Positions 1 through 11,023 of a DNA stretch of 38,426 bases are shown here, piece by piece. A program made the position numbers and the translations under genes. Position 1 is the first letter of the stretch, and every line of letters starts with the position of its first letter. A model generated the notes under the pieces. That model was not told the origin of the DNA. It searched no databases and worked only from the letters and a program-made list of their open reading frames with translations. The stretch comes from Octopus bimaculoides (taxonomy: Eukaryota), in the NCBI RefSeq assembly GCF_001194135.2, contig NC_068987.1, positions 55,667,480 to 55,705,905 on the forward strand, given 5' to 3'.

Positions 1-283
1 GAAAACACCTAAAGCTCCACGAGGCTCCAGCAGGGGATGGTAGCGAACCCTGCTGTACTCTTCCACCACAACTTTCTCTCACTCTTACTTCCTGTTTCTG
101 TTGTGCCTGTAATTCAAAGGGTCATCCTTGTCACACTGTGTCACTGAATATCCCCGAGAACTATGTCAAGGGTACACGTGTCTGTGGAATGCTCAGCCAC
201 TTGCACGTTAATTTCACGAGCAGGCTGTTCCGTTGATCGGATCAACTGGAACCCTCGACGTCGTAAGCGACGGAGTGCCAACC
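1..283 (+). mobile_element. tRNA-derived SINE, family A (5' part cut by window edge), followed by an (ACC)n tract to about 320
   Basis: Near-identical to the full copies at 3054-3396 and 33933-34286. Ends in ...GGAACCCTCGACGTCGTAAGCGACGGAGTGCCAAC. Confidence 0.9.
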
Positions 284-510
284 ACCACCACCACTACCAC
301 CACCGCCACCACGACCACAGCCCTTGATTGGTTCTCTATCTACAGTGGAAGGATGGAAAGGCAGGGTAGACTAAAGTTCAATTTAAAGAAAATGACCAAA
401 TATTGCAAGGCATTTTATTCAATGCACTGGCGATTCTGCTTATTGTTCGTATTTTATTATTCACAGAGGTGAAAAACAGTCAAAACTACACAATATGCAA
501 TATGAACTGG

Positions 511-729
511 ATAATATCGGTTTCAAATTTTGGCTGCAGATCAGCAATTTCGGGGAAGGAAGTAAGCCGATGTCATCAACCTCAGTGTTCAACGGGAACT
601 TATTTCGTCGACTCTGAAAGGATGAAAGGCAAAGTCGAACTCGGTGGAATTTGAATTCAGAACGAAAAGATGGACGAAATGCGCTATGTATTTTATCCGC
701 CGTACTAACGATTCTTCCTGCTCGCCGCC
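511..729 (-). mobile_element. tRNA/CORE-like SINE, family B (tail type iii)
   Basis: Minus strand starts GGCGGCGAGC. Has a B-box-like GAATTCAAATTCC and core GCCTTTCATCCTTTC shared with other B copies. Confidence 0.8.
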
Positions 730-1184
730 TTGGGCTGGGTAATACTGAAAAAGGAAAATATTAAATTGAAATATTTAGTCTGGCACATTTCCCAATTCAG
801 GGCACCACAGCAACTGCAGTAACAAATGATGACAACAATGACAACAACAACAACAACAACGCGTTTTTGGGAAAGTTAAAGTCTTCTACACAGGAAATTA
901 ATGACTGGAATGATATAACGCCAAGAGGGAGAGAAAATACACCCGCCCTAACTAATAACTGTCTATTGTAATTTGTTTAAAGTATCATTACAACAGCCTT
1001 TTCAAACATATGTCAGGACATCATAATCCAATAAACATGGAGAGATTTATTAGCTTTGCTAATATCATAGACATGATAAAAATTAAAGATGAACAAAACA
1101 CGAACAATTATATACTCATATACGTACAAAGACACACACACACATATATGTGCTTTGTGTGTTTATATGTTTGTGAAATGATCT

Positions 1185-1194
1185 ACCTACCTGC

Positions 1195-1261
<67 letters not shown>

Positions 1262-1309
1262 ACTATCTAGCTAGCTAGCTATCTATCTATCTATCTATCT
1301 GTGTGTCTG

Positions 1310-1384
<75 letters not shown>

Positions 1385-1495
1385 GTTTGTCTGAATGTAA
1401 TACATACATAAATACATACATATACACACACTTACACACACACGCACACACTTACACACACACACACACACACACGCATACACACACATATATGA
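1185..1495. repeat. (TATC)n followed by (CA)n microsatellites
   Basis: Directly visible. Explains the low-complexity ORFs in the track. Confidence 0.95.
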
Positions 1496-1722
1496 TGAAT
1501 AAATAGGGATAATAGATCTAGACAATTCAACCACTCTAGTATAATCTCAGTCGTGGCTAACCGTATCGAATGATGTGGAATAACTTCGGATAATTGTATT
1601 TCACCCGATGGGTAAATCCTGAGTTCACTTCGTTGGATTATAAACGGTTTTCTAAGGGTATATCCAAGACAATTCAAATAAATAACGAGACTTACACACC
1701 TAAACAGGTTTTATTACAGAGG

Positions 1723-2267
1723 GGATGAAAGGCAAAGTCGATCTCGGCGGAATTTGAACTCGGAACGTAAAGACAGACGAAATACTGCTAAACATTTCGC
1801 CTGGCGTGCTAACGTTTCTTATTTCTCTATTGCCCACAAGGGGCTAAACATAGAGAAGACAAACAAGGACAGACAAAGGGATTAAGTCGATTACATCGTT
1901 CCCGGTGCGCAACTGGTACTTAATTTATCGACCCCGAAAGGATGAAAGGCAAAGTCGACCTCGGTGGAATTTGAACTCAGAACGTAACGGCAGACGAAAT
2001 GCCGCTAAGCATTTCGCCTGGCGTGCTAAAGTTTCTTATTTCTTTACTGCCCACAAGGGGCTACACACAGAGGGGACAAACAAGGACAGACAAACGGATT
2101 AAGTCGATTATGTCGAACCCAGTGCATAACTGGTACAAATTTAATCGACCCCGAAAGGATGAAAGGCAAAGTCGACCTCGGTGGAATTTGAACTCAGAAC
2201 GCAATGGCAGACGAAATACTGCTAAGCATTTCGCCCGGCGTGCTAACGGTTCTGCCAGCTCGCCGCC
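1723..2267 (-). mobile_element. Head-to-tail array of about 2.5 family-B SINE units, period 217 bp
   Basis: GGATGAAAGGCAAAGTCGA starts at 1723, 1940 and 2157. Only the rightmost unit has the full GGCGGCGAGCTGGC head. Confidence 0.92.
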
Positions 2268-2404
2268 TTATTCATACAGTATATTCTCTTAAACCACTGC
2301 CCGTCATATGCTTCTGCTGTGTGGATAGCTTGCTATGTGGTGTCTATTTGCATCCTGTAGTATCATCTGCATCCAGATTCCATCCTGGTAAAAAAAATGC
2401 ATGC

Positions 2405-2720
2405 GTGAAGGCGCGTGGAGAGGGTATTCGGCTCATGTTCATAAGGTCGCGAGTTCGATTCCGGGCGGTGCGTTGTCTCCTCGAGCAAGACTCTTTATTT
2501 CACGTTGCTTCAGTTCACTCAGCTAGCAAAAATGAGTAGTTCCTGTATTTCAAAAGGCCAGCCATGTCACATTTTGTGTCACGCTGAATCTTCCAGAGGA
2601 CTACATTAAAGAAACGCGTGTCTGTGGAGTGCTCAGCCACTTGCAAGTTAATTTCACGAGCAGGTTGTTCTGTTGATCGGATCAACTGGAACCCACGTCG
2701 TCGTAAGCGACAGAGTGGCA
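2405..2720 (+). mobile_element. tRNA-derived SINE, family A' (different head and middle, same 3' half as family A)
   Basis: tRNA-like head GTGAAGGCGCGTGG...GAGTTCGATTCC. The part from TGTCAC onward aligns to family A. Confidence 0.85.
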
Positions 2721-3053
2721 GAGAGAGAATTCAAAAAATGTATCTATGCAGCATTATTCAAGGTGTTGCACTTTTAAAGTTTGAAGCGAACTGGAATATA
2801 AGGGTTTAGATAATTATATACTTTTGGTGGGAGGCTATTAGCATTGAATGCAAAGAATATGAGAGGTAGTAGGAAGAAATCCGATATGGCTAATTAAGTT
2901 CGTTATAAGATCGACCCTATGATGACCCAGAGGTTTAAATGCAGAATCATGAATGCGAGGAGGTCAGAATATATTTCATCCACTAGCCTTAAGGGAATGA
3001 GATAGGAATAAATTCTGTGATAGATGTATACATCAAGGGTCGCTAAGTCAAAT

Positions 3054-3396
3054 CGTGGCACTCCGTCGGTTACGATGACAAAGGTTCCGGTTGATCCGAT
3101 CAACGGAACAGCTGAGCATTCCACAAACACGTGTAGCCTTAACGTAGTTCTCGGGGAGATTCAGCGTGACACAGAGTGTGACAAAGCTGGCCCTTTGAAA
3201 TACAGGTACAGTAGAAGCAGGAAGAAAGAGTGAGAGAAAGTTGTGGTGAAGAGTACAGCAGGGTTCACCACCATCCCGTGCCGGAGCTTTAAGTGTTTTC
3301 GCTCGATAAACACTCACAACACCTGGTCTGGTAATCGAAACCGCGATCCTACGACCACGAGTCCGCTGCCCTAACCACTGGGCCATTGCGCCTCCA
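3054..3396 (-). mobile_element. Full-length family-A SINE with 13-bp TSD
   Basis: TSD CGCTAAGTCAAAT at 3041-3053 and 3397-3409. Head on minus strand is GGAGGCGCAATGGCCCAGTGGTTAGGGCAGCGG...GGTTTCGATTACC. Confidence 0.93.
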
Positions 3397-3565
3397 CGCT
3401 AAGTCAAATAGAGTTTAAAGATATAAGATACAAGAAATTTACTTGTAAGGTCAGGATAATGCTCATAATATGGTAGATTACTTACACCAAAAGGGAAATC
3501 AGAAATTTTAAATATGCAAATTAACCTTAGATCTATATGTAATAACATCCTTCTATATATATATA

Positions 3566-4428
3566 CGTGGTCTGATCAATAAGTATCTGGACTGTTGCCA
3601 TAGTGACAAAGTTAAAAGACACAAAGTAAAGCTGCTCGGTACAGATTGACCTTGAACTCTACCGTGCATGCACACTAAGTTTTGAGGTTCTAGCTCACTT
3701 CCGCTGTCTACAGCAGTGCTTGGAAGGAACGTGTGTAACATGTGTTCGTTGCATTAACCATGGCAGAGAAAGATGAGCAGAGAATCTGCATCAAATTTTG
3801 CCACAAGCTAGGCTATACCTGCCCAGAGGCCCACGCAAAGTTTTCAAAAATTTTGTGCAACTGAATCTCGAGTGTCTTTTTGGTCAGCTGAAAGCAGTTT
3901 TGGCACAAACTTGGCATACATGCGTCTCATACCCAAATCTTGAGTGATAATGGACTGAACTAAATCGTAACTAATCTGTACATCCTTTGATAACTCACGA
4001 ACGGTGATTCGATGATTTCCCCTCACAGCTGCACGCACATCTGTGATGTTTTTCTCAGTTCTGCTGGTTGCATGTCTTCCAGAAAGTTCGTCTATATCGA
4101 TATTTTTCGACCATCTTCGAAACGTCTGAACCACTTGTACACTTGTGTGCGGCTCATACAATCCTCTCCATACACTTTCTGCAACTTTGTGTTGGCCTCT
4201 GAGCAGGTATTGTCATGACAACTTTTTCTGTCCTCGTCAATGCGACGATCATACATTGCACACGTTACTTCGAAGCACTGCTGTATACGGCGAAAGTCAG
4301 CTAGAACGTTAACACTTAATGCACATGTAAAGCAGAGGTCAAGGTTAATCTGTGCCAAAGGGCTTTATTCTGCATGCTTTAGATTCGTTACTTCGGCAAC
4401 AGCCCGAATACTTATTGATCAGAACTCG
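3566..4428. mobile_element. Non-autonomous mariner-derived element made of two inward-facing 5' ends
   Basis: TA-flanked TIRs match at 29/34 nt. The plus arm encodes MAEKDEQRICIKFCHKLG. The minus arm encodes the HTH regions (KVYGEDCMSRTQVYKWFRRF...AKFVPKLL). Confidence 0.85.
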
Positions 4429-4430
4429 TA

Positions 4431-4474
4431 TACACACACACAGACAAACAGACACACAGACACACAGACACACA

Positions 4475-4548
<74 letters not shown>

Positions 4549-4610
4549 AACACACACACACACGCACACGCACACGCACACACACATATATATATATATA
4601 TCATACATAC
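4431..4610. repeat. (CA)n/(TA)n compound microsatellite
   Basis: Directly visible. Confidence 0.95.
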
Positions 4611-4744
4611 ATATTCATAATCTTTTGTCAAGACATTGAAACCGACAAAAGGCGCTTTGTTTCGTTCGAAGACATGTTAAGACACCTTTAGAATTTACGA
4701 ATCCTTATATATCTACTGGTATATAAGTAATAATATTACTTATA

Positions 4745-5290
4745 AGTAATAATAGCTATTATAATAACACGAATAATGGTAACATAATACTTGATAATAC
4801 GTCTACGAATTTGAGCAGTACCTTGAATGAAGACGCTATAAATATTAATAATAGTATAAGTAATGCTAATAATAATAATCGCAGTTGCAATTGTAGGGAA
4901 AGATCCGAATGCCCGTTATTAGGTCAGTGTTTAACAGGTAATATTATATATATAAATGTACAGTAATGACCGAAACTAATAACTTCATTTACATCGGGTG
5001 CTCTGTAAATACGAAAAAAACGACTGAGTATCCATTTCCTGTCCTTTAGACTTAGGCACAAAGCCAACAGTACCTCATTATCTACGAAAGTCTGGGAACT
5101 CAAAGATGGTAATATTAAATTCAATCTAAAATGGGATATAGACCGTAGAGCTCAGCCATACACAAATAGCCGGTATGGATGTGAACTATGTTGTATGGAG
5201 ATATATGGAATATTCAAATATAGAGATAAACAAAATTTAATTAATAATATTTAATCAGATCTGTTATTCTTCCTAGATTAGTGTCTTTGA
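4745..5290 (+). pseudogene. Penelope-like element GIY-YIG endonuclease remnant
   Basis: Manual translation across two frameshifts (a TA run and an A7 run): CNCRERSECPLLGQCLTGNIIY/KCTV...YIGCSVNTKK/RLSIH...NSTSLSTKVWELKD...KWDI...PY...CELC. This is the typical PLE Cys-linker plus GIY-YIG pattern. Confidence 0.85.
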
Positions 5291-6235
5291 TGTATTGTAG
5301 AAATATTTTATAAACTCATTTCCAAAGGTATCTTTATTTTTATTTCCGTTAATATTTGATTCATATATTTTTATTTTATATTGTATCAATAATAACATGT
5401 CTAAGAATTCTTTTAGACATACCAATATAATTTATATTATAATTTATAAAATAATTCTTATTTTATTTTATTTTAATTTAATTTATCTTTAATTAAATAT
5501 CTGTTACATCTTTTATACCATTCTGTAGAGAAACATTTTATAATTTTTTAATAAAATTTTAATATCTGATATTAAATTTTTATGTATTTATATATCCTCT
5601 TATACACTTGTGTAGTTTCTATAGCTTATAGAGGGTTTGGAATTTCTTTTCCTAAAACTCATACAACTCACTGTATAATACAATATTATATTCTATATTT
5701 GTAATTACACAATGTTTTGTAAATTTTTTATATTTATATTTAATATTTTTATACATTTGTATATCCTTTCATATACTTTCTTAGTGTTTATAATTTATGA
5801 ATAATTTCTTTTTGACAATTTACAAGGTCTTTTTATATAATTTACTGGATATGGAAATCCCTATTTTAGTATATTTTTTAATCATGCAATATGTTCATTA
5901 AATATTGATATGCCCAAACTAGTTAAGTTTTTATCCTGATCTTCTAAACACTATGCTTAGAAAAAGTCTTGATAGTTTTTCTTATACACTAAAGTATCCT
6001 ATTATTAGGTTTTAAATTTAATTTCTAACCTTATTCTATATATTGATTTAAATTTTCTCAATTTAATGTTATAAATTTGCTAAGTTATAAATTACTACCT
6101 CCCATAGGTATAAATTACTACCTCCCATATCCTTTAATTCTAATTTCTACCCCTAAAGTTTATATTATATTATATATTATATTATATTATATTATATTAT
6201 ATTATATTTTTCATTATATTCTCCTTTAATTTGAT
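5291..6235. other. Extremely AT-rich tract, possibly a decayed inverted PLE segment; includes a 23-bp tandem duplication (6086-6129) and (ATATT)n
   Basis: Hand count gives about 13-16% GC over 5341-5640. Weak minus-strand peptides LVYKK, ILK*GFPYPVNYIKR and NYIGMSKRIL. Confidence 0.35.
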
Positions 6236-6239
6236 GATC

Positions 6240-7070
6240 TAAATAAGTAGTGGCCACCCCTATCATTCTTTCTTCCATTTATCTCCCCTTCCCATCAGAC
6301 ATTCCCCTACTACTAACCCTACAACATACCCTTTTGTGTAGATAAAACTAGATATATGATTCTAGTACATTGAGAGTCTAGTAGATTTCTGACGTTAATT
6401 GATTTATCACTATTAAATAGAATACAATTGACAACTCCCAATGGATTTAATTCTAAATGGTTGAAGACTACATTCTACATAAAGTCTTCTAAATATAAGT
6501 AACTAGGTCACCGCTTTTTAAATCCTGACTCCCACTATTTCCTCAGCTACTCTCTAAATTACAGTAGGCCTCACATGGTATGCATTATTTTCTAAACTCC
6601 TTCTGCCACAGATATGACAAAAGAAACATTGTAAATATTTTCAGTTCCATTATTGATGTAAAAATGGTTGTATCATTTACTTTTGAAGCCTATGCGGTCA
6701 TCTGACGAGAACGGTTTCTTTCAAATTGATGTAATGCTTTCATTAATCAATTAAAGAGTCGCTTGAAACGGCCGTAATGAATTGACACCAGTACATATTT
6801 GTTACTCATTTATATTCTGTTCATCTAACTTGGAATCAATACTTCGGAAATATCAGAGAAAGTACCTTTATAAAAGTACATGTCTGAATTACGAAGAGCA
6901 GATATCTTCACTTAGTAGAATTTGCTTTGTCTACACACACGGCGTGAATATCAGGTACAAACAACCCTGCACAGAGTCTTGATATCCAATATTCAATTAA
7001 TATTGTTTGGGTGTGCGGATTATACTAACAGGGTGCCTCAATTTAAGTACCTAATTCAACTGAATCTTAA
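6240..7070 (+). mobile_element. 3' end of a second Penelope-like element (ORF C-terminus plus pLTR-like UTR)
   Basis: QLTTPNGFN near 6425-6450 resembles the PLE ORF-terminal PNGLN motif. An HHR lies about 250 nt downstream. Confidence 0.5.
6698..6780 (+). ncRNA. Minimal type I hammerhead ribozyme with extended stem II
   Basis: Stem I TCAT/ATGA, core CTGACGA, long stem II (TCTTT/AAAGA, AATTGAT/ATCAATT, TAATG/CATTA), GAAA, palindromic CGGCCG, GUA site at 6774-6776. Confidence 0.8.
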
Positions 7071-7079
7071 TTATATATA

Positions 7080-9236
7080 CAGGCATACCTCACCCTACGT
7101 CGTTAATTGGTTCCAGAAGATACGGCTTAAGTCTTCAGGCTAGGCTAGGCCGAATTTACTTGTCTCTAGTCTAAACCGATAATAACCATTCCCAGTTCTG
7201 TACTTTATTTATGAATGCATTTTCAATAATACTTGGTTAATAAAAATCTATTTTAAGCTTATAAACAAATAATTTTTATGTGACAAGCCCCCATAATCTT
7301 GGAAAAGCGTTGAGCATTTGGATTCATATCCTCAACATAGAAAGACCTTTACGATATATGCAAATACTTGCTGAATTTTTTTTAATGGTAAAGTGATGTG
7401 GCTCAGGTTCGACTTCCTCTGCTTTATTTTGCTGCTTTTGAAGCTCTATCAAATCCTCGTTCGTCGGGGGCAGCTTGTCTTTTTTTTAATAAATCTGTCA
7501 AATCCTCTTTCTCCAAATCCATTTCCAGTTCTTTGCATGTAGTCACCAACGTTTTGCTGACGGCAACATTATCAAACCCTTAAATCATTCACGAATTGCG
7601 GGCATGGCTTCTTCCATACATCATTCATAGCTGTGCTCTGTACATCATTCGATGCCGCTGCTATGTTCTGTAGTCTTGTAGATATCTTATTTCTTCCAAA
7701 TGTCACGAAGTGTGATGGACTCATCAAGATAGCAATTATTCAAGATAGCAATTATTCGCTTGAAGATAGCAAATATTCCCTGATCCATTGGCTGCAGAAG
7801 AGACGTGGTGTTCAGATGGAGGTATGCGACAGTAACGTTGGGGTCAAAATCTACGATGTTTTGCGGGTTGCTAGGAGCATTATCTAAGATAAGTAAAACC
7901 TTAAAAGGAATCTCCTTCTTACTGTACTTCTCTGCTGCTGGGATAAAATGATTGAAGAACCAATCTTCAAAAGCAACAACAGTAACCCATGCTTTTGAAT
8001 TAGCCATCCATACAACAAGGAGAGACGCCTTGAGTATGTTCCACAGGGTACGGGTATTGTGTGCATGATACACAAGCAATTGCTTTAACTTAAAATCTCC
8101 TGCACAATTACCTCCCAACATAATGGTGACACGGTCTTTTGAGACCTTGCAGCCTGGAATAGTTTTCTCCTCCTTGGAAATGAATGAACAGTCTGGCAAT
8201 TTTTTTCCAATACAATCCAGTTTCGTCTACATTAAAAATCTGTTCAGAAGAAACCTGTTTTCTTCAATGATTTTCTTAAATGCACTGGAAATTCCGCTGC
8301 TGCATGTTCGTCAACTGATGCACTCTCACCTTGTTTCTTAATGGAGTGATAACTTCTTCGCTCCTTAAATCTCATGAACCATCCTTGACTTGCCTTGAAC
8401 TCTACATCTTTCTCATCTGGATATTTTTTCTTCAAGTCCTCAAACAAAAGACAAGACTTTCTCTTGAATGATTTCTTGACAGATAGTAAGACGTTGAGGA
8501 TTCAACCTAACAGTCTAAAGAGAAAGAAGACTTTCCATTTCTTCAAAAATTTTGCATCTTTTCTTTTTTTTATTGATGACAGTGTTCTTCATCCCTGGGG
8601 CTTCAGATTTGATATGTACTAAAATATTGTCCTTATTATGTACAACCATCGATACAGTTGTCCAAATCATCCCCAAAGATCGTGCAATTGCTACCACTTT
8701 TTCACCTTTTCATGGCATTTTATCATAGTCAGTTTATTTTCCAGCATTATAGCATGACGCTTAGTACTTTCACCATGAATTTTCTTAGGAGCCATGGGGA
8801 CAAAAACAAAGTCACAAATGAATGAGAATGAGAAATTAACCGATAAACAGACGTAAACAAATCTGACTTCAAAACAATCACGGGAATCATGAGTGACAAT
8901 GATGCCTAACGGTAGATATTGGAACTACAGTGCAGTATGAGCTCCGAAAGACCGATAAATAAGACAACACAGCTGATTTCCTGATTTCCTTTACTAAGCT
9001 ACACTACTTTATGGTGTGTATCTTAACATTTACTGTACGTATTTTAATATGATTTTATATGCTTTTATTCTTATTTATTGTTCCGTAACACGATTTTATG
9101 TGCTTTTAACGGTTTTCTAGTGATTTTACGATTCCAATATTTGTGGCGGACAGACGTAAAGTCGAGTAAAATGACTTAACTTGATTTTTAATGTTCCATA
9201 TATTATTTTTGAAAACCGACGTATAATCGGGAACGG
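7080..9236 (-). mobile_element. Tigger/pogo-like DNA transposon; other end lost in gap
   Basis: TA followed by CAGGCATACCTC terminus at 7080. Internal frameshifted transposase. Confidence 0.85.
7230..8795 (-). pseudogene. Tigger-type transposase (CENP-B HTH plus DDE_1), frameshifted
   Basis: MAPKKIHGE... start, FKASQGWFMRFKER, KDRVTIMLGGN, LLILDNAPSN, PNTTSLLQPMDQG-like motif. Confidence 0.9.
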
Positions 9237-9508
9237 NNNNNNNNNNNNNNNNNNNNNNNNNNNNNNNNNNNNNNNNNNNNNNNNNNNNNNNNNNNNNNNN
9301 NNNNNNNNNNNNNNNNNNNNNNNNNNNNNNNNNNNNNNNNNNNNNNNNNNNNNNNNNNNNNNNNNNNNNNNNNNNNNNNNNNNNNNNNNNNNNNNNNNNN
9401 NNNNNNNNNNNNNNNNNNNNNNNNNNNNNNNNNNNNNNNNNNNNNNNNNNNNNNNNNNNNNNNNNNNNNNNNNNNNNNNNNNNNNNNNNNNNNNNNNNNN
9501 NNNNNNNN
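9237..9508. other. Assembly gap. Other gaps: 15776-16187, 22469-22976, 26238-26673, 30887-31145, 35836-36096, 36400-36409
   Basis: Runs of N. ORFs spanning them are artefacts. Confidence 1.
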
Positions 9509-10457
9509 TATATATATATATATTCATATTAATATTTGCACACACTCGTGCGCGCACATTTATATATATATAGACACATGAAACGAGATAGTATAACTTG
9601 GGAAACTGCTTTAGCTGGCCATTTTTAACGACGGTCGATAAGACGTTTGAGACAGAAAATCGACCACGCGCATACTGACACACACGTGCAAACTGTTATA
9701 AAACAGTTTTGTCCATTTTTGTTCTAAAACACTTTAATCTAAAGACTGTTATCTCATAACATTTAGGTTTTAAAAATTTGGTCTGGGAGACTTACGCCTA
9801 ATAACATTTTAGCCTAAGTGACTTTGGACTAAATAGATCTTTGGATTAACAGTGTAAAAAGCAAGACATGTTACCAAATGCTATGCTTATATGAAACTAG
9901 TCTCTAATAAGTGTTTAATATCCAAGATTAATGGCATTTCTATATATATAGTCTTTAGGTTCCCTTCTTCCAACTTCAGTAGCGACTATCATAATAAAGG
10001 AAGAAATGACTACAGACTTGAAACTTCTGCAATATCTTAAACGAAATAGCTGAGTAATTCAGGTTTTTGTTACCTGCTCGCGTTTTGAAAGCATCTAAGG
10101 CATAATAAATTAGAATTTGTTCTAAGAAGTACAGGGTATCTTTAAATCTTCCATGTCATACTTCTACAGTGTTATTAGTACGAGCAGCATTATTAATTCT
10201 AAGCATTCCGGCTATGTTATCATACAAAGTTCTACATTTAATATAGTAATGTCTAGTGTAATAAAGTTCTATTTCATTACGAGTGTTCTTAAGTTTAATG
10301 ATGTTTTCAACGATACCCATAACACTTTCCACCAAAATAGTTTCAAAGTAAAATAATCAAAACAAATAATTTCACTTTATAACTATACAAAGTGAAATTA
10401 GATATCATTCGCTCGATATATATATATACATATATATATATATGTGTGTGTGTGTGC

Positions 10458-10505
<48 letters not shown>

Positions 10506-10883
10506 CTATAATATTTCCTTTACTACTATTTCATAGAATACGATTTTTCTTTCTTTCTGGGGAAGAAGTAATTATTTATTGGCTCATGTATAATTCAAAT
10601 CTAACTGAAGTTTAGTATTCTGTATAGCATTTGCGAAAATATTTTCCTTTGTCATCTGCGGACGCACGTTTCAGATAAAAATATCTTTAGACAAAATTGT
10701 GGTTTAACCTTATGACACCAAATTGATTCACATGTATATACTCATATGCCCATATATAACCACACACACTAAATACACACTCTCATGTAAACACATATAT
10801 GCGTGCAGACATAGACGTACTCAAGTTCACCAAGGTGTATATAGTTCTAATGTTTTTATTATACAACTCATTGTTGTTGGTAC

Positions 10884-10929
<46 letters not shown>

Positions 10930-10992
10930 CTTCTTCTTCTTCTTCTTCTTCTTCTTCTTCTTCTTCTTCTTCTTCTTCTTCTTCTTCTTCTT

Positions 10993-11021
<29 letters not shown>
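10884..11021. repeat. (GTT)n(CTT)n compound microsatellite abutting a LINE 3' end
   Basis: Directly visible. Confidence 0.95.

Positions 11022-11023
<2 letters not shown>

Noticed and set aside
801-975. 56-codon open frame after an acceptor-like TTCCCAATTCAG
   Set aside because: Openness is largely due to an (AAC)n tract; no recognisable protein.
1432-1677. Minus ORF with LRIYPSGEIQLS, reminiscent of Cys-loop receptors
   Set aside because: Motif spacing is wrong, there is no Cys-loop, and the ORF ends in a microsatellite.
2760-3050. Minus-strand LATLDV, like a PLE RT motif
   Set aside because: Only six residues, and downstream RT motifs were not recoverable.
5291-6235. Mitochondrial insertion (NUMT) as explanation of the AT-rich tract
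   Set aside because: No mitochondrial gene, tRNA or rRNA was recognisable by eye. Not excluded without a search.
10650-10675. Minus-strand GAAACGTGCGTC, like an HHR 3' half
   Set aside because: No CUGANGA or stem I partner upstream.
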